Position numbers and translations under genes: made by a program. Below, piece after piece: positions 20,916 to 30,798 of a stretch of DNA of 64,000 nt; the stretch's first letter is position 1; each line of letters starts with the position of its first letter. Source of the DNA: an uncultured Chloroflexia bacterium (GTDB taxonomy: Bacteria > Chloroflexota > Chloroflexia > QHBQ01 > JADMIH01); the NCBI GenBank assembly GCA_963797095.1, contig CAWCNY010000004.1, positions 64,001 to 128,000 on the forward strand. Reading direction: 5' to 3'. The notes under the pieces were generated by a model that was given only the letters and a program-made list of their open reading frames with translations, did no database searches and was not told where the DNA came from.

Positions 20916-21536
20916 CTATTCCGATGCCCCCTCAATTATTCGCCTTATTGCTTCATCGCTGATCGCACCGCGGCGTAGCACAATTGGTGGGTCAGTGACG
21001 CAGTTCACTACCGTGGACGGCACGCCTCCCCTCACCTGGCCGCCCTCAACTATGGCCTGGACTTTCTCTTCCAGATACATCGCCGCGTCCTGAGCATTGA
21101 GGGCGTCGGGTAGGCCCGACGTGTTTGCACTTGTGGCTGCAATGGCACCACCGCAAAGACCTATCATGTAGCGCAAACCTGAGTGGTCGGGCACCCGAAC
21201 GGCGATGGTGTCGCCACCGCCCAGGGCAGCGGGGAGACGGGGGGAGGCGGGCAGAACGAGGGTCAGCGCACCCGGCCAGAATGCTTCGCCAAGCCTTTCT
21301 GCGAGGGAGTTGCCAGCAGCTGTTACATAATGAACAACTGAGACATCTGATAGCAGGAGAGGTAAGGCTTTAAGGTGAGAACGCGACTTGGCGTCGAAAA
21401 TAGCTTCGATTGCTTCAACATTGTATGGATCGCAGCCAACTCCGTAGACCGTGTCGGTGGGGAAAACGACGAGGCCGCCGGACTTTATTATGCTGGCAGC
21501 CTCTTTCCAATGCGCTTTGGTCTCTTCGAGGATCAT
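20916..21536 (-). CDS. tsaC: L-threonylcarbamoyladenylate synthase (Sua5/YrdC)
   Basis: VFPTDTVYGVGC, FWPGALT, AVRVP, TSANTSG, STVV. Confidence 0.93.
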   Translation of the reverse strand: MILEETKAHWKEAASIIKSGGLVVFPTDTVYGVGCDPYNVEAIEAIFDAKSRSHLKALPLLLSDVSVVHYVTAAGNSLAERLGEAFWPGALTLVLPASPRLPAALGGGDTIAVRVPDHSGLRYMIGLCGGAIAATSANTSGLPDALNAQDAAMYLEEKVQAIVEGGQVRGGVPSTVVNCVTDPPIVLRRGAISDEAIRRIIEGASE

Positions 21537-21545
21537 GTGTTGGAT

Positions 21546-22664
21546 TTAGTACGTCCTGGCTAACATAAAGTTGGCCCAAGAGTGCAGGAGATGTTTGGCA
21601 TAGCTGTCGGGAAGTATATCAAGTATATTGAGTGCTTGGCTAATGTACGAATTCGCCAACTCACCTGTCTTGTCTAGCGCGCCTGTGCCCGTGATAATTT
21701 GAAGAGCACGTTCGGTGGCCTGATGAGTCGGGTCTGAACCACCTATCAAGGAGAGGAGGGTTTCGCGATCGGATGGAGCAGCACCGCGCACGGCATAGTG
21801 CAATATCAAAGTGCGCTTGCCTTCTCTCAGGTCCGAACCGACAGGTTTTCCCAGACTTGCTTCGTCGGCGGTGAGGCCAAGCAAATCGTCTTGCAACTGG
21901 AAAGCCAGACCGCTCAGTAGCGCAAAGCGCCCCAGATTGTCGGCATAGGTGTGCGGATCATCTCTGCCTGCAAGCCCGATGGTCGCCCCGGCCCAGGCGG
22001 CATATTCGAGGAGAGCAGCCGACTTGCCGGAAAGCATGTGGAGAATCTGCTCATCGGTGAGGTCGTCAGGCTGGGTCACGGCAAATTGCACGTCCAACAT
22101 CTCGCCTTCGAGGAGTTTGGGCGTCAGAGAGGAGGACATACGTCTTACCAACTTCAGCACGATCTCGGGAGCAACGCCGCGCTCAAGTAGGTCACACATG
22201 AGCGCATAGGCCCAGCTCTGTTGGAGGTCGCCACTGAGGATCGCCACGGCCGTACCGTAGTGTGCCGATTCGGCGGCAGGCAGAGCATATTTCGTGGTGG
22301 CGTGGCGAGCATACTGGGCATGAACGGTAGGATTGCCCCGCCGAGTGTCGTCGCGATCGATGATGTCGTCGTGCACCAGGGTCCAGATGTGGAAGATCTC
22401 CACAGCGGCGGCGGCTGGGATCGCCTGTTCTTCGTCGCCACCAACAGCACCTGCGGACAGCAGTAAGAGAGAGGGGCGCAATCCCTTCCCTTTGTGTCGC
22501 ACATATGAGAAGAGTCCCTCGCGAATGTCTTCGGGTTGGAATGCCGATGCACCGGGCCACAATTCGAGGTAGGTGTAAACGCGGTCACGCCTGACTTTCA
22601 ACTCGGACATGAAGTGCGCCTGGTCATCTGTTGGAGGGGTGGTTTGGGTGGAGGGACCTGCCAT
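21546..22664 (-). CDS. Polyprenyl diphosphate synthase (likely short-chain/GGPP)
   Basis: GKGLRP, FARM LVHDDIIDRDDTRRG, SARM FQLQDDLL, GKPVGSDLREGKRT. Confidence 0.9.
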   Translation of the reverse strand: MAGPSTQTTPPTDDQAHFMSELKVRRDRVYTYLELWPGASAFQPEDIREGLFSYVRHKGKGLRPSLLLLSAGAVGGDEEQAIPAAAAVEIFHIWTLVHDDIIDRDDTRRGNPTVHAQYARHATTKYALPAAESAHYGTAVAILSGDLQQSWAYALMCDLLERGVAPEIVLKLVRRMSSSLTPKLLEGEMLDVQFAVTQPDDLTDEQILHMLSGKSAALLEYAAWAGATIGLAGRDDPHTYADNLGRFALLSGLAFQLQDDLLGLTADEASLGKPVGSDLREGKRTLILHYAVRGAAPSDRETLLSLIGGSDPTHQATERALQIITGTGALDKTGELANSYISQALNILDILPDSYAKHLLHSWANFMLARTY

Positions 22665-24725
22665 CTACTGCAAATGCTCCTTGATGTTCAGGGCCGCCGT
22701 TCTGTCCATTCCAGGCACGCTCAGTAATTCATCCATACTGGCTCCCTTTATTGCCCTGACGGTCCCGAAGTGCTGCATTAGGGCCTTCTTGCGAACAGGC
22801 CCGATCTGTGGAATGCCGTCAAGCTTACTTCGTGTGCCCCGCTTGGCACCAAGCTTCCTGTTGTAGGTGTTCGAGAAGCGGTGCGCTTCGTCTCTGATGC
22901 GCTGTAGTAGCTTTAGGGCTTCCGATCTGAATTCCAACACTACTGGATCGGATCGATTCGGCAGGAAAATCTCCTCGTTGCGCTTGGCGAGTGAGATCAG
23001 CGGAATATCATCGAGACCCAGGCTGTTCATCACGGTTTGTACCGCAGAGAGTTGCCCCTTGCCACCATCAATCACGACAAGATCGGGGAGCACGGCCCAA
23101 CCTCCTTCGGCAGCGCCGTTGCGCTCTTCAGTTTCGCCGGATGGTTCTGAGCGTTCCGCTTTGGCCGCGATCTCGTGGACCGAATCACCGATTTCAGGCC
23201 CGTCGAGGATCTCCTCAAATCGTTCGCGCGCTTCAGCTTCATAGTAGCCACCAGGCGCAGGTTGAGCGCGAACGACTCCTCGTGCCAGCGTCAACGCTTC
23301 CTCCCTTTGCTCGGAAGCACGTTCTGCAGCAGCTCGCTTGAACCTTCTGGTAAGCATCTCCTGCATAGAAGCAAAGTCATTGTTGGAGACGCCTCTTATC
23401 GCAAACCTGCGGTACTCCTTCTTGAAAGGTACACCTCGCTCGAATACAACCATCGCACCCGCCACGTCAGTGCCCTGAAGGTGGGCCACGTCATAGCATT
23501 CGATTCGCTGCGGCCAGACGGGGAGTTGAAGGGTTTCCTGCAATTCGGTAATGGCGGCTGTCGACTTCTGCTCATCGCTCAAGTAGCGCAGGCGGAACTG
23601 CTCCAGGGTTTCAATCGCGTTGCGTTCGGCTAACTCCACAAGGTCGCGCTTTTCGCCGCGCCTCGGAACAGCAATAGCGACCTTCTTTCCTCGCTTTTCG
23701 CGGAGCCAGGACTGAATCACCTCGGCATCGGAGACATCGTGCTGGAGAAGAATCTGGGGCGGCACATAAGAGGTCTCGTCATAGAATTGGCCGAGGAAGC
23801 CGGCGAGCACTTCGCCCGGCTCGGAATCGGCGGCTCCCTCCATCATGAAGTGCTCCCGACCAAGGAGCTTGCCGCCTCTTATGAAGAAGACCTGCACGCA
23901 GGCTTCACCGTCCCGTTGGGCGAAGGCAATAACGTCTTCATCCGTGCTGGCGGTCGAGAAAACGCGCTTTTGCTCGGCCACGTTTTCCAGACGCCTGATG
24001 CGGTCGCGAAAAACGGCCGCGCGTTCGAACTCCAGGGTCTCTGCGGCTTCCTCCATCTCGGCCCTGAGTTGCTTGAGGATAGTCTCTTGTTTGCCTTCCA
24101 GAAAGAGCACTACTTGCTTGATCGCGTCGTCGTAGGCCCGCTTGTCGGCGAGCGATGCGCAAGGCCCGAGGCACCGGTGCAGGAAATATTGCATACATGG
24201 CCGACTATCGCGGCCTGTGATCTCTTTGTCGCAGGTCCGGAACGGAAAGAGCTTGTCGAGTAACTCTATGGTTTCGTCAATGGGAGTCATGCCGGGATAA
24301 GGGCCATAATAGCCTGCACCGTCGTTCTTCACATTGCGAACTCCGACGACGCGCGGCCACTCTTCCTGGAGGGTGACCATAATATACGGGTATGACTTGT
24401 CATCTTTGAGGCGGATGTTGTAGCGCGGCTTGTGCTTCTTGATAAGCTGGTTTTCGAGTACCAATGCTTCAAGCTCGGTGTCGGTGAGGATGTACTCGAA
24501 ATCGTACACGTTCTCGACCATGTGCCAAACTTTTGGCACTTGCCCGCGCAATGATCCGAAGTAAGACCGAACCCTGTTCTTTAGGGAGATAGCTTTGCCA
24601 ACATAGATGACTGCGCCCGCGCGGTTACGCATGATATATACGCCGGGCGTGCCTGGGAGGGCGGCCAGTCTTTGGTCGAAACCCGGTGCGCGCTCGGGCT
24701 TAATTGGGCTGTTGCTGGTTGGCAT
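22665..24725 (-). CDS. uvrC: Excinuclease ABC subunit C
   Basis: GIY-YIG PGVYIM..IYVGKA..LKNRVRSYF, UVR domain, RIECYD, IDGGKGQL, RDEAHRF, C-terminal HhH. Confidence 0.97.
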   Translation of the reverse strand: MPTSNSPIKPERAPGFDQRLAALPGTPGVYIMRNRAGAVIYVGKAISLKNRVRSYFGSLRGQVPKVWHMVENVYDFEYILTDTELEALVLENQLIKKHKPRYNIRLKDDKSYPYIMVTLQEEWPRVVGVRNVKNDGAGYYGPYPGMTPIDETIELLDKLFPFRTCDKEITGRDSRPCMQYFLHRCLGPCASLADKRAYDDAIKQVVLFLEGKQETILKQLRAEMEEAAETLEFERAAVFRDRIRRLENVAEQKRVFSTASTDEDVIAFAQRDGEACVQVFFIRGGKLLGREHFMMEGAADSEPGEVLAGFLGQFYDETSYVPPQILLQHDVSDAEVIQSWLREKRGKKVAIAVPRRGEKRDLVELAERNAIETLEQFRLRYLSDEQKSTAAITELQETLQLPVWPQRIECYDVAHLQGTDVAGAMVVFERGVPFKKEYRRFAIRGVSNNDFASMQEMLTRRFKRAAAERASEQREEALTLARGVVRAQPAPGGYYEAEARERFEEILDGPEIGDSVHEIAAKAERSEPSGETEERNGAAEGGWAVLPDLVVIDGGKGQLSAVQTVMNSLGLDDIPLISLAKRNEEIFLPNRSDPVVLEFRSEALKLLQRIRDEAHRFSNTYNRKLGAKRGTRSKLDGIPQIGPVRKKALMQHFGTVRAIKGASMDELLSVPGMDRTAALNIKEHLQ

Positions 24726-24835
24726 GGGAAGGCTCGTTCTTCTCCTGATATTTTATCAGACGGGGCGTGCACGAGCAACGTGCGCACGAGGATCGCCGGG
24801 AGCGCAGGTGGACTGGAAGAAGGTTATTTCAGTAG

Positions 24836-25324
24836 TTAGAGTGATTTGCGAGGCCGGCCCGCTGCGATCAAGATGAGACCGGGGGCGAACAGTCCTAAGA
24901 AGAGACAACAGGTAAGCCCAAGCGCCGGGCCAATGATGCTGCCAGGCTCTTCCAGATCGGGGTCCACTGCGAGTGAAAATGCAAGGAGCGAAGGACAGGC
25001 AACCAACACAAGAGCAAGGATAGTCAGAACCAGACCGAGCCAGAAGAGAGGGGTCGGAGGACGCGAAGGGGTCAGCGCGATGACTACACTGCGGGCAGAG
25101 GTATAGGCTGGGGGTGGTTGTGAGGGACCCGTCCAGGCAAGCTTAGCAGGGTCGGGAATGTAGGGCACAGGCGGTTGGGAGCGAATCGGATCAGGAGTTG
25201 TATCTGCCGGTGGTGCCTGTGTATTTCCAGGCGTGGGAGATAGGGGAAGTCCGCAATTTGGACAGAAACCCGCACCTTCTCTTATCAAGTTGCCGCATCG
25301 CGGACATCGATTCTCCAACACCAA
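24836..25324 (-). CDS. Zinc-ribbon membrane protein
   Basis: CPRCG...FCPNCG, Pro-rich linker, two TM helices. Confidence 0.75.
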   Translation of the reverse strand: MVLENRCPRCGNLIREGAGFCPNCGLPLSPTPGNTQAPPADTTPDPIRSQPPVPYIPDPAKLAWTGPSQPPPAYTSARSVVIALTPSRPPTPLFWLGLVLTILALVLVACPSLLAFSLAVDPDLEEPGSIIGPALGLTCCLFLGLFAPGLILIAAGRPRKSL

Positions 25325-25435
25325 GTCTCCTCACCGGTTAGTGCAGCCGGTAATGATTGTACCATTTTCCTAGATTGGCCGCCGGGAATATCCCTTATAA
25401 TTGAGGGGCGGCTGATAAGTGGCTGATAAGTAAGG

Positions 25436-27451
25436 ATGGTGCTAGTGTCTGCGGTACAACGCCGAAGAATGGTTTGCGCGCTTATTTTGCTTCTTACATG
25501 CGTTTCGGTTGGCGATGTCGCCGGAGGGCCACGTTCAGGGCGTCCGGCGGGCGCGGAGGAGTACTCAGGTGCCGCGCCCACCGCTTTCGCGTCACCGCTA
25601 TTTCAAGAGTTGTGGCAGCGGACCGACGGGTTGGTGGCATCGGGCGAGGCTTCGAGGTCATGGCTGTGGGGGCCTCAGCCTGGGCCGCAACTTGAAGAGG
25701 ATGGGCCGGACGGCGAGCCGGTGGAGGTGCAGTACTTCGACAAGGCGCGAATGGAGCTTAATTCGGCGGTGACCGATCCAAACTCGCCGTGGCGGGTTAC
25801 GACCGGGCTGTTAGTGGCCGAGATGGTGGGTCTTTCCGGCAAGTCTGCAGGCAAGCCTGCGGCACTTGTAGTGGCCGGTGACCAGGCGGAGGCGAATCCA
25901 CGATACAGCGACTTCTACCCAAAACTGCTGATGGAGGCATACGACTCGACGGGCCAGGTAGCGGATATGAAGATGCCTGGCAGGGGAAAGCCGCAGGGGA
26001 ACGTCCCAACAAACGTGCGCTATGCAAGATTTGTCGCCGCGACGCACCATAACATCCCGGACGTCTTCTGGAGATATTTGAATAGCGATGGGCCGGTCGA
26101 GGGAGCAGGCGGCGAGATTGAGGTCGGGCAGCTTTTCGATTGGGTCTACCTAATGGGCTATCCCATCAGTGAGCCTTACTGGGCTACGCTGATAATCGAT
26201 GGCAAGCCAGAGCTTACTCTGGTTCAGTTGTTCCAACGCCGGGTGCTCACTTTTGTGCCTTCCTTCGATGTGGGATGGCAGGTGCAGATGGGGAATGTGG
26301 GCGCGGCATACCACAAGTGGCGTTACACCGATACGCAGGTTGGCAATCCAAAAGCGCCGGCGATTCCTGCAGTTAAGTCGCCGGGCGGCGGCTTCGTCGA
26401 GACTTCGGGCGATGGTTTTATCTATCGCGGCAACGCTGTTACGCTAAAGGGGAGCAATTACTGGCTAAGTGCCGCACCATTTGCAGATACATGGTCCGAG
26501 TGGAACGGCCCTGTGGCGCTCGCGGAGCTTGAAAAAGCGCATGAGTTAGGTGTCAATGCGATCCGGATTGGCATTCCATACGACAATCCGAATACTATGG
26601 AGGCGGTCTGGGGCAACGATGACACGATGACGGCTATTGGCCGAAGGATCAAGAGCCGCATGACACAACTGCTACAGATCGCCAGCGGGTATGGGATGAA
26701 GGTGGTGTTCGTCCTTTTCGACTGGTACGACGACCACCCACCTGCCAATACGCCGGAGGAGAGAACCAATTTCATTTATGTTGATGGGATCGTTGGTGCC
26801 TTTGCCAGTGACGACCGCGTGCTTGCGTGGGATCTCAGCAATGAGCCGGACGTAACCGAAGAGTGGAAGGCAGGACGGCAAAGCGATTACGTCGATTGGG
26901 TTAAGCGGATGGCGATTCATGTACGCCAGATCGATAGCAACCACCCGATTACCGTCGGTGTTGGTGACTATCACTCGCTTTGGTACGCTTCGGATAAGGG
27001 AGATACAATTCTCGGCATTTCGGATATCGTTTCTTTCCACTGTTATGATGCGGGGGCGCTCGCAGGGCAGATAAGCGAAATCAAGGGACATACAGGCAAA
27101 CCGATACTTCTCGAAGAGATGGGGTGGCCGACCTCCACGGGCGGAGAAACACCGAGGCCAGGGGCCAGCTTTGAGGAGCAAACGCAGAGCCATTTATACA
27201 CATCGATGCTGAAGGATGCCAAGAACGCCGCGATTGCAGGAGTGTTTCAATGGACGCTGTTCGACTTTGACGAGGCGAAAGCTAACCTTGTAGGGGGATA
27301 CGAACGTTTCTTCGGACTGTTCAGGCGGGACGGGAGCGCCAAGCCCGCAGCGGCCATCTTCGGGGAGGATTACTCAGGACCGCCGCTGTACAGCGAAACC
27401 AGGACCGATATTCCTTTGGATACATCGGACAGGCCCGGTACGCCGCCATAA
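25436..27451 (+). CDS. Secreted clan GH-A (GH5-like) glycoside hydrolase with Chloroflexi-type N-terminal domain
   Basis: Signal peptide; LWQRTD..RSWLWGP..QYFDKARME..GYPISEPYW domain; catalytic WDLSNEP and PILLEEMG. Confidence 0.85.
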   Translation: MVLVSAVQRRRMVCALILLLTCVSVGDVAGGPRSGRPAGAEEYSGAAPTAFASPLFQELWQRTDGLVASGEASRSWLWGPQPGPQLEEDGPDGEPVEVQYFDKARMELNSAVTDPNSPWRVTTGLLVAEMVGLSGKSAGKPAALVVAGDQAEANPRYSDFYPKLLMEAYDSTGQVADMKMPGRGKPQGNVPTNVRYARFVAATHHNIPDVFWRYLNSDGPVEGAGGEIEVGQLFDWVYLMGYPISEPYWATLIIDGKPELTLVQLFQRRVLTFVPSFDVGWQVQMGNVGAAYHKWRYTDTQVGNPKAPAIPAVKSPGGGFVETSGDGFIYRGNAVTLKGSNYWLSAAPFADTWSEWNGPVALAELEKAHELGVNAIRIGIPYDNPNTMEAVWGNDDTMTAIGRRIKSRMTQLLQIASGYGMKVVFVLFDWYDDHPPANTPEERTNFIYVDGIVGAFASDDRVLAWDLSNEPDVTEEWKAGRQSDYVDWVKRMAIHVRQIDSNHPITVGVGDYHSLWYASDKGDTILGISDIVSFHCYDAGALAGQISEIKGHTGKPILLEEMGWPTSTGGETPRPGASFEEQTQSHLYTSMLKDAKNAAIAGVFQWTLFDFDEAKANLVGGYERFFGLFRRDGSAKPAAAIFGEDYSGPPLYSETRTDIPLDTSDRPGTPP

Positions 27452-27502
27452 TCGAGTGAAATCGCGAAATGATGAACCGGCCATCAACTTCAGGAGGAGC
27501 AT

Positions 27503-27871
27503 GTGGACGAAGAGACTGACGCCGCCCAACCTACGACAATTGAGGTTTTCGATCAGATCGATATGAGGATTGGACGAGTGGTCGACTGCCAACCTTTTCC
27601 GGAGGCGCGGAAGCCATCGTACAAACTGACGATTGACTTTGGCCCGCTGGGGACGAGGCGGTCTAGCGCACAATTGACCGCGTTCTATGAGCAGGAGTCG
27701 TTGGTGGGGAGGTTGGTGGTGGCGGTGGTGAACTTTCCGCCACGGAAAATCGCGGGATTTGCCTCAGAAGTGCTTGTGCTGGGAGTGCCCGGCGAAGGGA
27801 TCGCGCGGCAGGGAAGTGTGGTGGTGCTTGCACCTGAGCGCGACGTGGCGTTGGGGGCGCGGGTGTTCTGA
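27503..27871 (+). CDS. csaA: CsaA-like tRNA-binding/chaperone protein
   Basis: FPEARKPSYKL.IDFG, SSAQLT, VVNFPPRKIAGFASEVLVLG. Confidence 0.9.
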   Translation: MDEETDAAQPTTIEVFDQIDMRIGRVVDCQPFPEARKPSYKLTIDFGPLGTRRSSAQLTAFYEQESLVGRLVVAVVNFPPRKIAGFASEVLVLGVPGEGIARQGSVVVLAPERDVALGARVF

Positions 27872-27877
27872 TTGGGC

Positions 27878-27896
27878 TTTCTAATCGTTTTCTAAT
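27878..27896 (+). promoter_or_regulatory. Tandem direct repeat upstream of htrA (candidate OmpR-family regulator site)
   Basis: TTTCTAAT at 27878 and 27889, an 11-bp period. Confidence 0.45.
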
Positions 27897-28223
27897 AAAG
27901 CTCTCACCAACCTTTAAGATTGCGATGAGATAATAAAGACAACGCGGGAGCGCACTAACCAGTAAGGGCACTGGTAGCGAATAATTGAAATAGGGAATGG
28001 GACCTAGCCGCGGTCGTCGTATCGTGTGCTCTCGCGGATCAGAAATCAAACGGGCCTCCCCGATGTTGGGCCTGCCGAGGTCGCCTTGCGGCGGCACTGC
28101 ATTGGCGGCGGTAGTCTCCACATCAGCACAAGCAGGGGAGGCCTGATTCATAAATATGATCGACGAACAGGGCATCCACCGCCCTGCTCTCGGGAACCAG
28201 TCAAGATAGGGAGCGAATTACAC

Positions 28224-29399
28224 ATGGTCCAGACTGCGAAACTCTTCTTCGCGACGCTTTTCGTAGTAACACTGATAGCGCTGACCGCTCTCAGCGCAAT
28301 TGGAGGTGCCGGCGTCGCCACCTTCTTCCAACCCCTTGCAACGGCAGCAAAGTCCACTCCGGTCACGGAGGCCATAGATACACCCACCGCCACCGGGCCA
28401 ACAACGGTCGCAGATACACAAAGCCCGCCGGATCAGGTCGGCATCATCGATGCGCGTACGGCGGTTCGCAAGACCGGGCCAGCGGTGGTAACAGTGATTA
28501 ACCAGCTGCAATCAACTGGTGGATTCTACGGTGGCGCAGCAACTGCCAGTGGCTCAGGCGTGATAGTAGATCAGCGTGGCTACATAGTGACAAATAACCA
28601 CGTCGTTGAGAATCAAAAGTCACTTCAGGTGATTTTTTCAGACGGCACCAAGTCGGCGGCGACGCTGGTGGGCACCGATCCATTCTCGGACCTTGCCGTG
28701 GTCAAAGTAGACAAGACAGTGCCTGCTGTTGCGGAGTTTGGTGATAGCGATGCGCTTGAGCCGGGCCAGCCTGTGGTGGCAATTGGATCGGCGCTCGGCG
28801 ACTTCGCCAACACGGTAACTGCCGGGATTGTAAGCGCTCTTCATCGCGATCTGGATGATGGGACAGGCTCTCCCTCTATGCAGAACTTGATCCAGACCGA
28901 TGCCGCTATCAATCATGGTAACTCTGGTGGGCCACTGCTCGATATTACGGGCAAAGTGATCGGGATCAATGTGGCGGTCGTTCGCAGTACCGGCGCGACC
29001 GGTGATGTGGCAGAGGGGCTCGGCTTTGCGATACCGAGCAATACAGTGAAAGAAGTGTCGGACCAGATCATCATTAAAGGCGCGGTCGAGCGTCCCTTCA
29101 TCGGAGTTTCGTACCAGTTGATCACGCCTCAAATCGCAGCTTATTACAACCTTGCCCGAGACAGCGGACTTCTCGTGACAGATATACAGCCGGGAAGCCC
29201 AGCGGCACAGGCGGGACTTCAGCAGGGCGATATCATTACCAAATTCAATGGAACCGACGTGACAGGCTCAAGCTCGCTGCTCGAACTGCTGATGCAGCAT
29301 AAGGTGGGCGAGACGATCACAATGACAATTGTGCCATCAGGGTCGACAAGCGAGAAAGAGATCAGTTTGACACTTGCCCAACGACCCGCTGGACAGTAA
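28224..29399 (+). CDS. htrA: HtrA/DegP serine protease with PDZ domain
   Basis: N-terminal TM, VTNNHVV, DLAV, QTDAAINHGNSGGPL, PDZ. Start placed at ATG 28224. Confidence 0.93.
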   Translation: MVQTAKLFFATLFVVTLIALTALSAIGGAGVATFFQPLATAAKSTPVTEAIDTPTATGPTTVADTQSPPDQVGIIDARTAVRKTGPAVVTVINQLQSTGGFYGGAATASGSGVIVDQRGYIVTNNHVVENQKSLQVIFSDGTKSAATLVGTDPFSDLAVVKVDKTVPAVAEFGDSDALEPGQPVVAIGSALGDFANTVTAGIVSALHRDLDDGTGSPSMQNLIQTDAAINHGNSGGPLLDITGKVIGINVAVVRSTGATGDVAEGLGFAIPSNTVKEVSDQIIIKGAVERPFIGVSYQLITPQIAAYYNLARDSGLLVTDIQPGSPAAQAGLQQGDIITKFNGTDVTGSSSLLELLMQHKVGETITMTIVPSGSTSEKEISLTLAQRPAGQ

Positions 29400-29437
29400 A
29401 GCCTGACTTAGCCAATCTTCCTCCCTCCCTCCTCGAG

Positions 29438-29471
29438 ACAAGAAGCCCCACTGCAAGGTGGGGCTTCTTGT
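29438..29471. terminator. Bidirectional intrinsic terminator (htrA/mltG)
   Basis: ACAAGAAGCCCCAC-TGCAAG-GTGGGGCTTCTTGT between convergent genes. Confidence 0.85.
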
Positions 29472-29499
29472 TGCAATTCGAGTGCTTCACAATATCCTT

Positions 29500-30636
29500 C
29501 TATTGTGGTGGGCACAAGGCCTGGTTGGCGCTTTGCTCTTCCAGAGTCTTGGCGAAGTAGTGCTCGCCGCTGCCATCGCACTTGGCCACAAAGTAGAGGT
29601 AGTCGTTGCCTGATGGGTAGATAGCAGCCTTAATTGCGGCCAGGCCGGGGTTGCTTATGGGGCCCGGAGGGAGAAGGGTGTGCGTGTAGCTGTTGTAGGG
29701 GCTGTCGATAGTCAGGTCGTCCAGGGTCAGCTGTTTCCACCAGTTACCTGACGTTCCTATCGCGTACTGGATTGTGGGGTCAGCATTGAGGTAGGGAGGT
29801 GCGTCGTTTTCCAGTTTGCCTGGTATCATGCGGTTCCAGTAGACCTGAGCGATGTCAGGCATTTCGGATTCGACCGCGGCCTCCCGCTGTACGATGGACG
29901 CAAGTGTGATCATATCGTAGAGGGTCGCAGGCCGATCCCACACCAGATGCGCAGATATATCGGCGTTTATGTCTGGGGAGTCGAGAGAACCAAGCCGATC
30001 CTCGAAGCCCTGCAGCATTTTGGTGATTACCTCATCAGTGCTGTCGCCGGAAGGGTCTTTCTTCGCCTGATAGGTATCGGGGAAGAGGAATCCCTCAAGG
30101 CCCTGAGCGGGCGGAATTCCGGCGTTGGTGAGGACATCGCTTGCCTGGATGAAGGGGAGAGCGCCGGCGCCAGTGGTAGTCTTTTGGAGGAAGTTGGCCG
30201 GACTGATGATGCCCTGCGAACCTAGTTTCTCAGCAATTTCCTCTAGTCTCCAGCCTTCAATCACTTGAAAGTCGATGGCTTCCGCACCCACAGGGGTTGT
30301 GAGGACTTTGATTACGGTGTCGTAATCCTGGCCGCACTCAATTTCAAAAGTGCCCGCTTGTAGCTTGCGCTCGTTGCCTGTCAGCCTGAGACGGGTCACG
30401 AAGAGAAATGAATTGTCGATGAGGCCGGCTCCTTGCAAGTTGTCGGCGACATCCTGTACAGTCTGATTGGCCTTAACGACGAATTGTTTGGAGCCAATGC
30501 ACTCACTTTCTCCGGAGGCGGGAAACCACGCCTCACTGGATCGCCACACCCAAACTCCGAATATGATCACTGCTCCAATCATGACAACTGCTATTATCGC
30601 CCTTAATGTTCCGCCAATGATATTCACTATGTTCAA
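29500..30636 (-). CDS. mltG: Endolytic transglycosylase MltG
   Basis: LEGFLFPDTY, LASIVQRE, ADPTIQY, SPYNSY..LPPGPISNPG, YLYFV. Confidence 0.93.
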   Translation of the reverse strand: MNIVNIIGGTLRAIIAVVMIGAVIIFGVWVWRSSEAWFPASGESECIGSKQFVVKANQTVQDVADNLQGAGLIDNSFLFVTRLRLTGNERKLQAGTFEIECGQDYDTVIKVLTTPVGAEAIDFQVIEGWRLEEIAEKLGSQGIISPANFLQKTTTGAGALPFIQASDVLTNAGIPPAQGLEGFLFPDTYQAKKDPSGDSTDEVITKMLQGFEDRLGSLDSPDINADISAHLVWDRPATLYDMITLASIVQREAAVESEMPDIAQVYWNRMIPGKLENDAPPYLNADPTIQYAIGTSGNWWKQLTLDDLTIDSPYNSYTHTLLPPGPISNPGLAAIKAAIYPSGNDYLYFVAKCDGSGEHYFAKTLEEQSANQALCPPQ

Positions 30637-30798
30637 TACTCCTTTTTGCGCGGCCCAGATATGATTCTAGCAAATGCGCAGCCCTTCAGACAAGCAAACT
30701 CGCAAGGCGCGGCTCGGAATACGGAGGATGCAGTAGGGGAACGACGGACAAACCACGATGAACCAGAGGCTCGTAGCTTTTCGACTTATAATAGGCAT

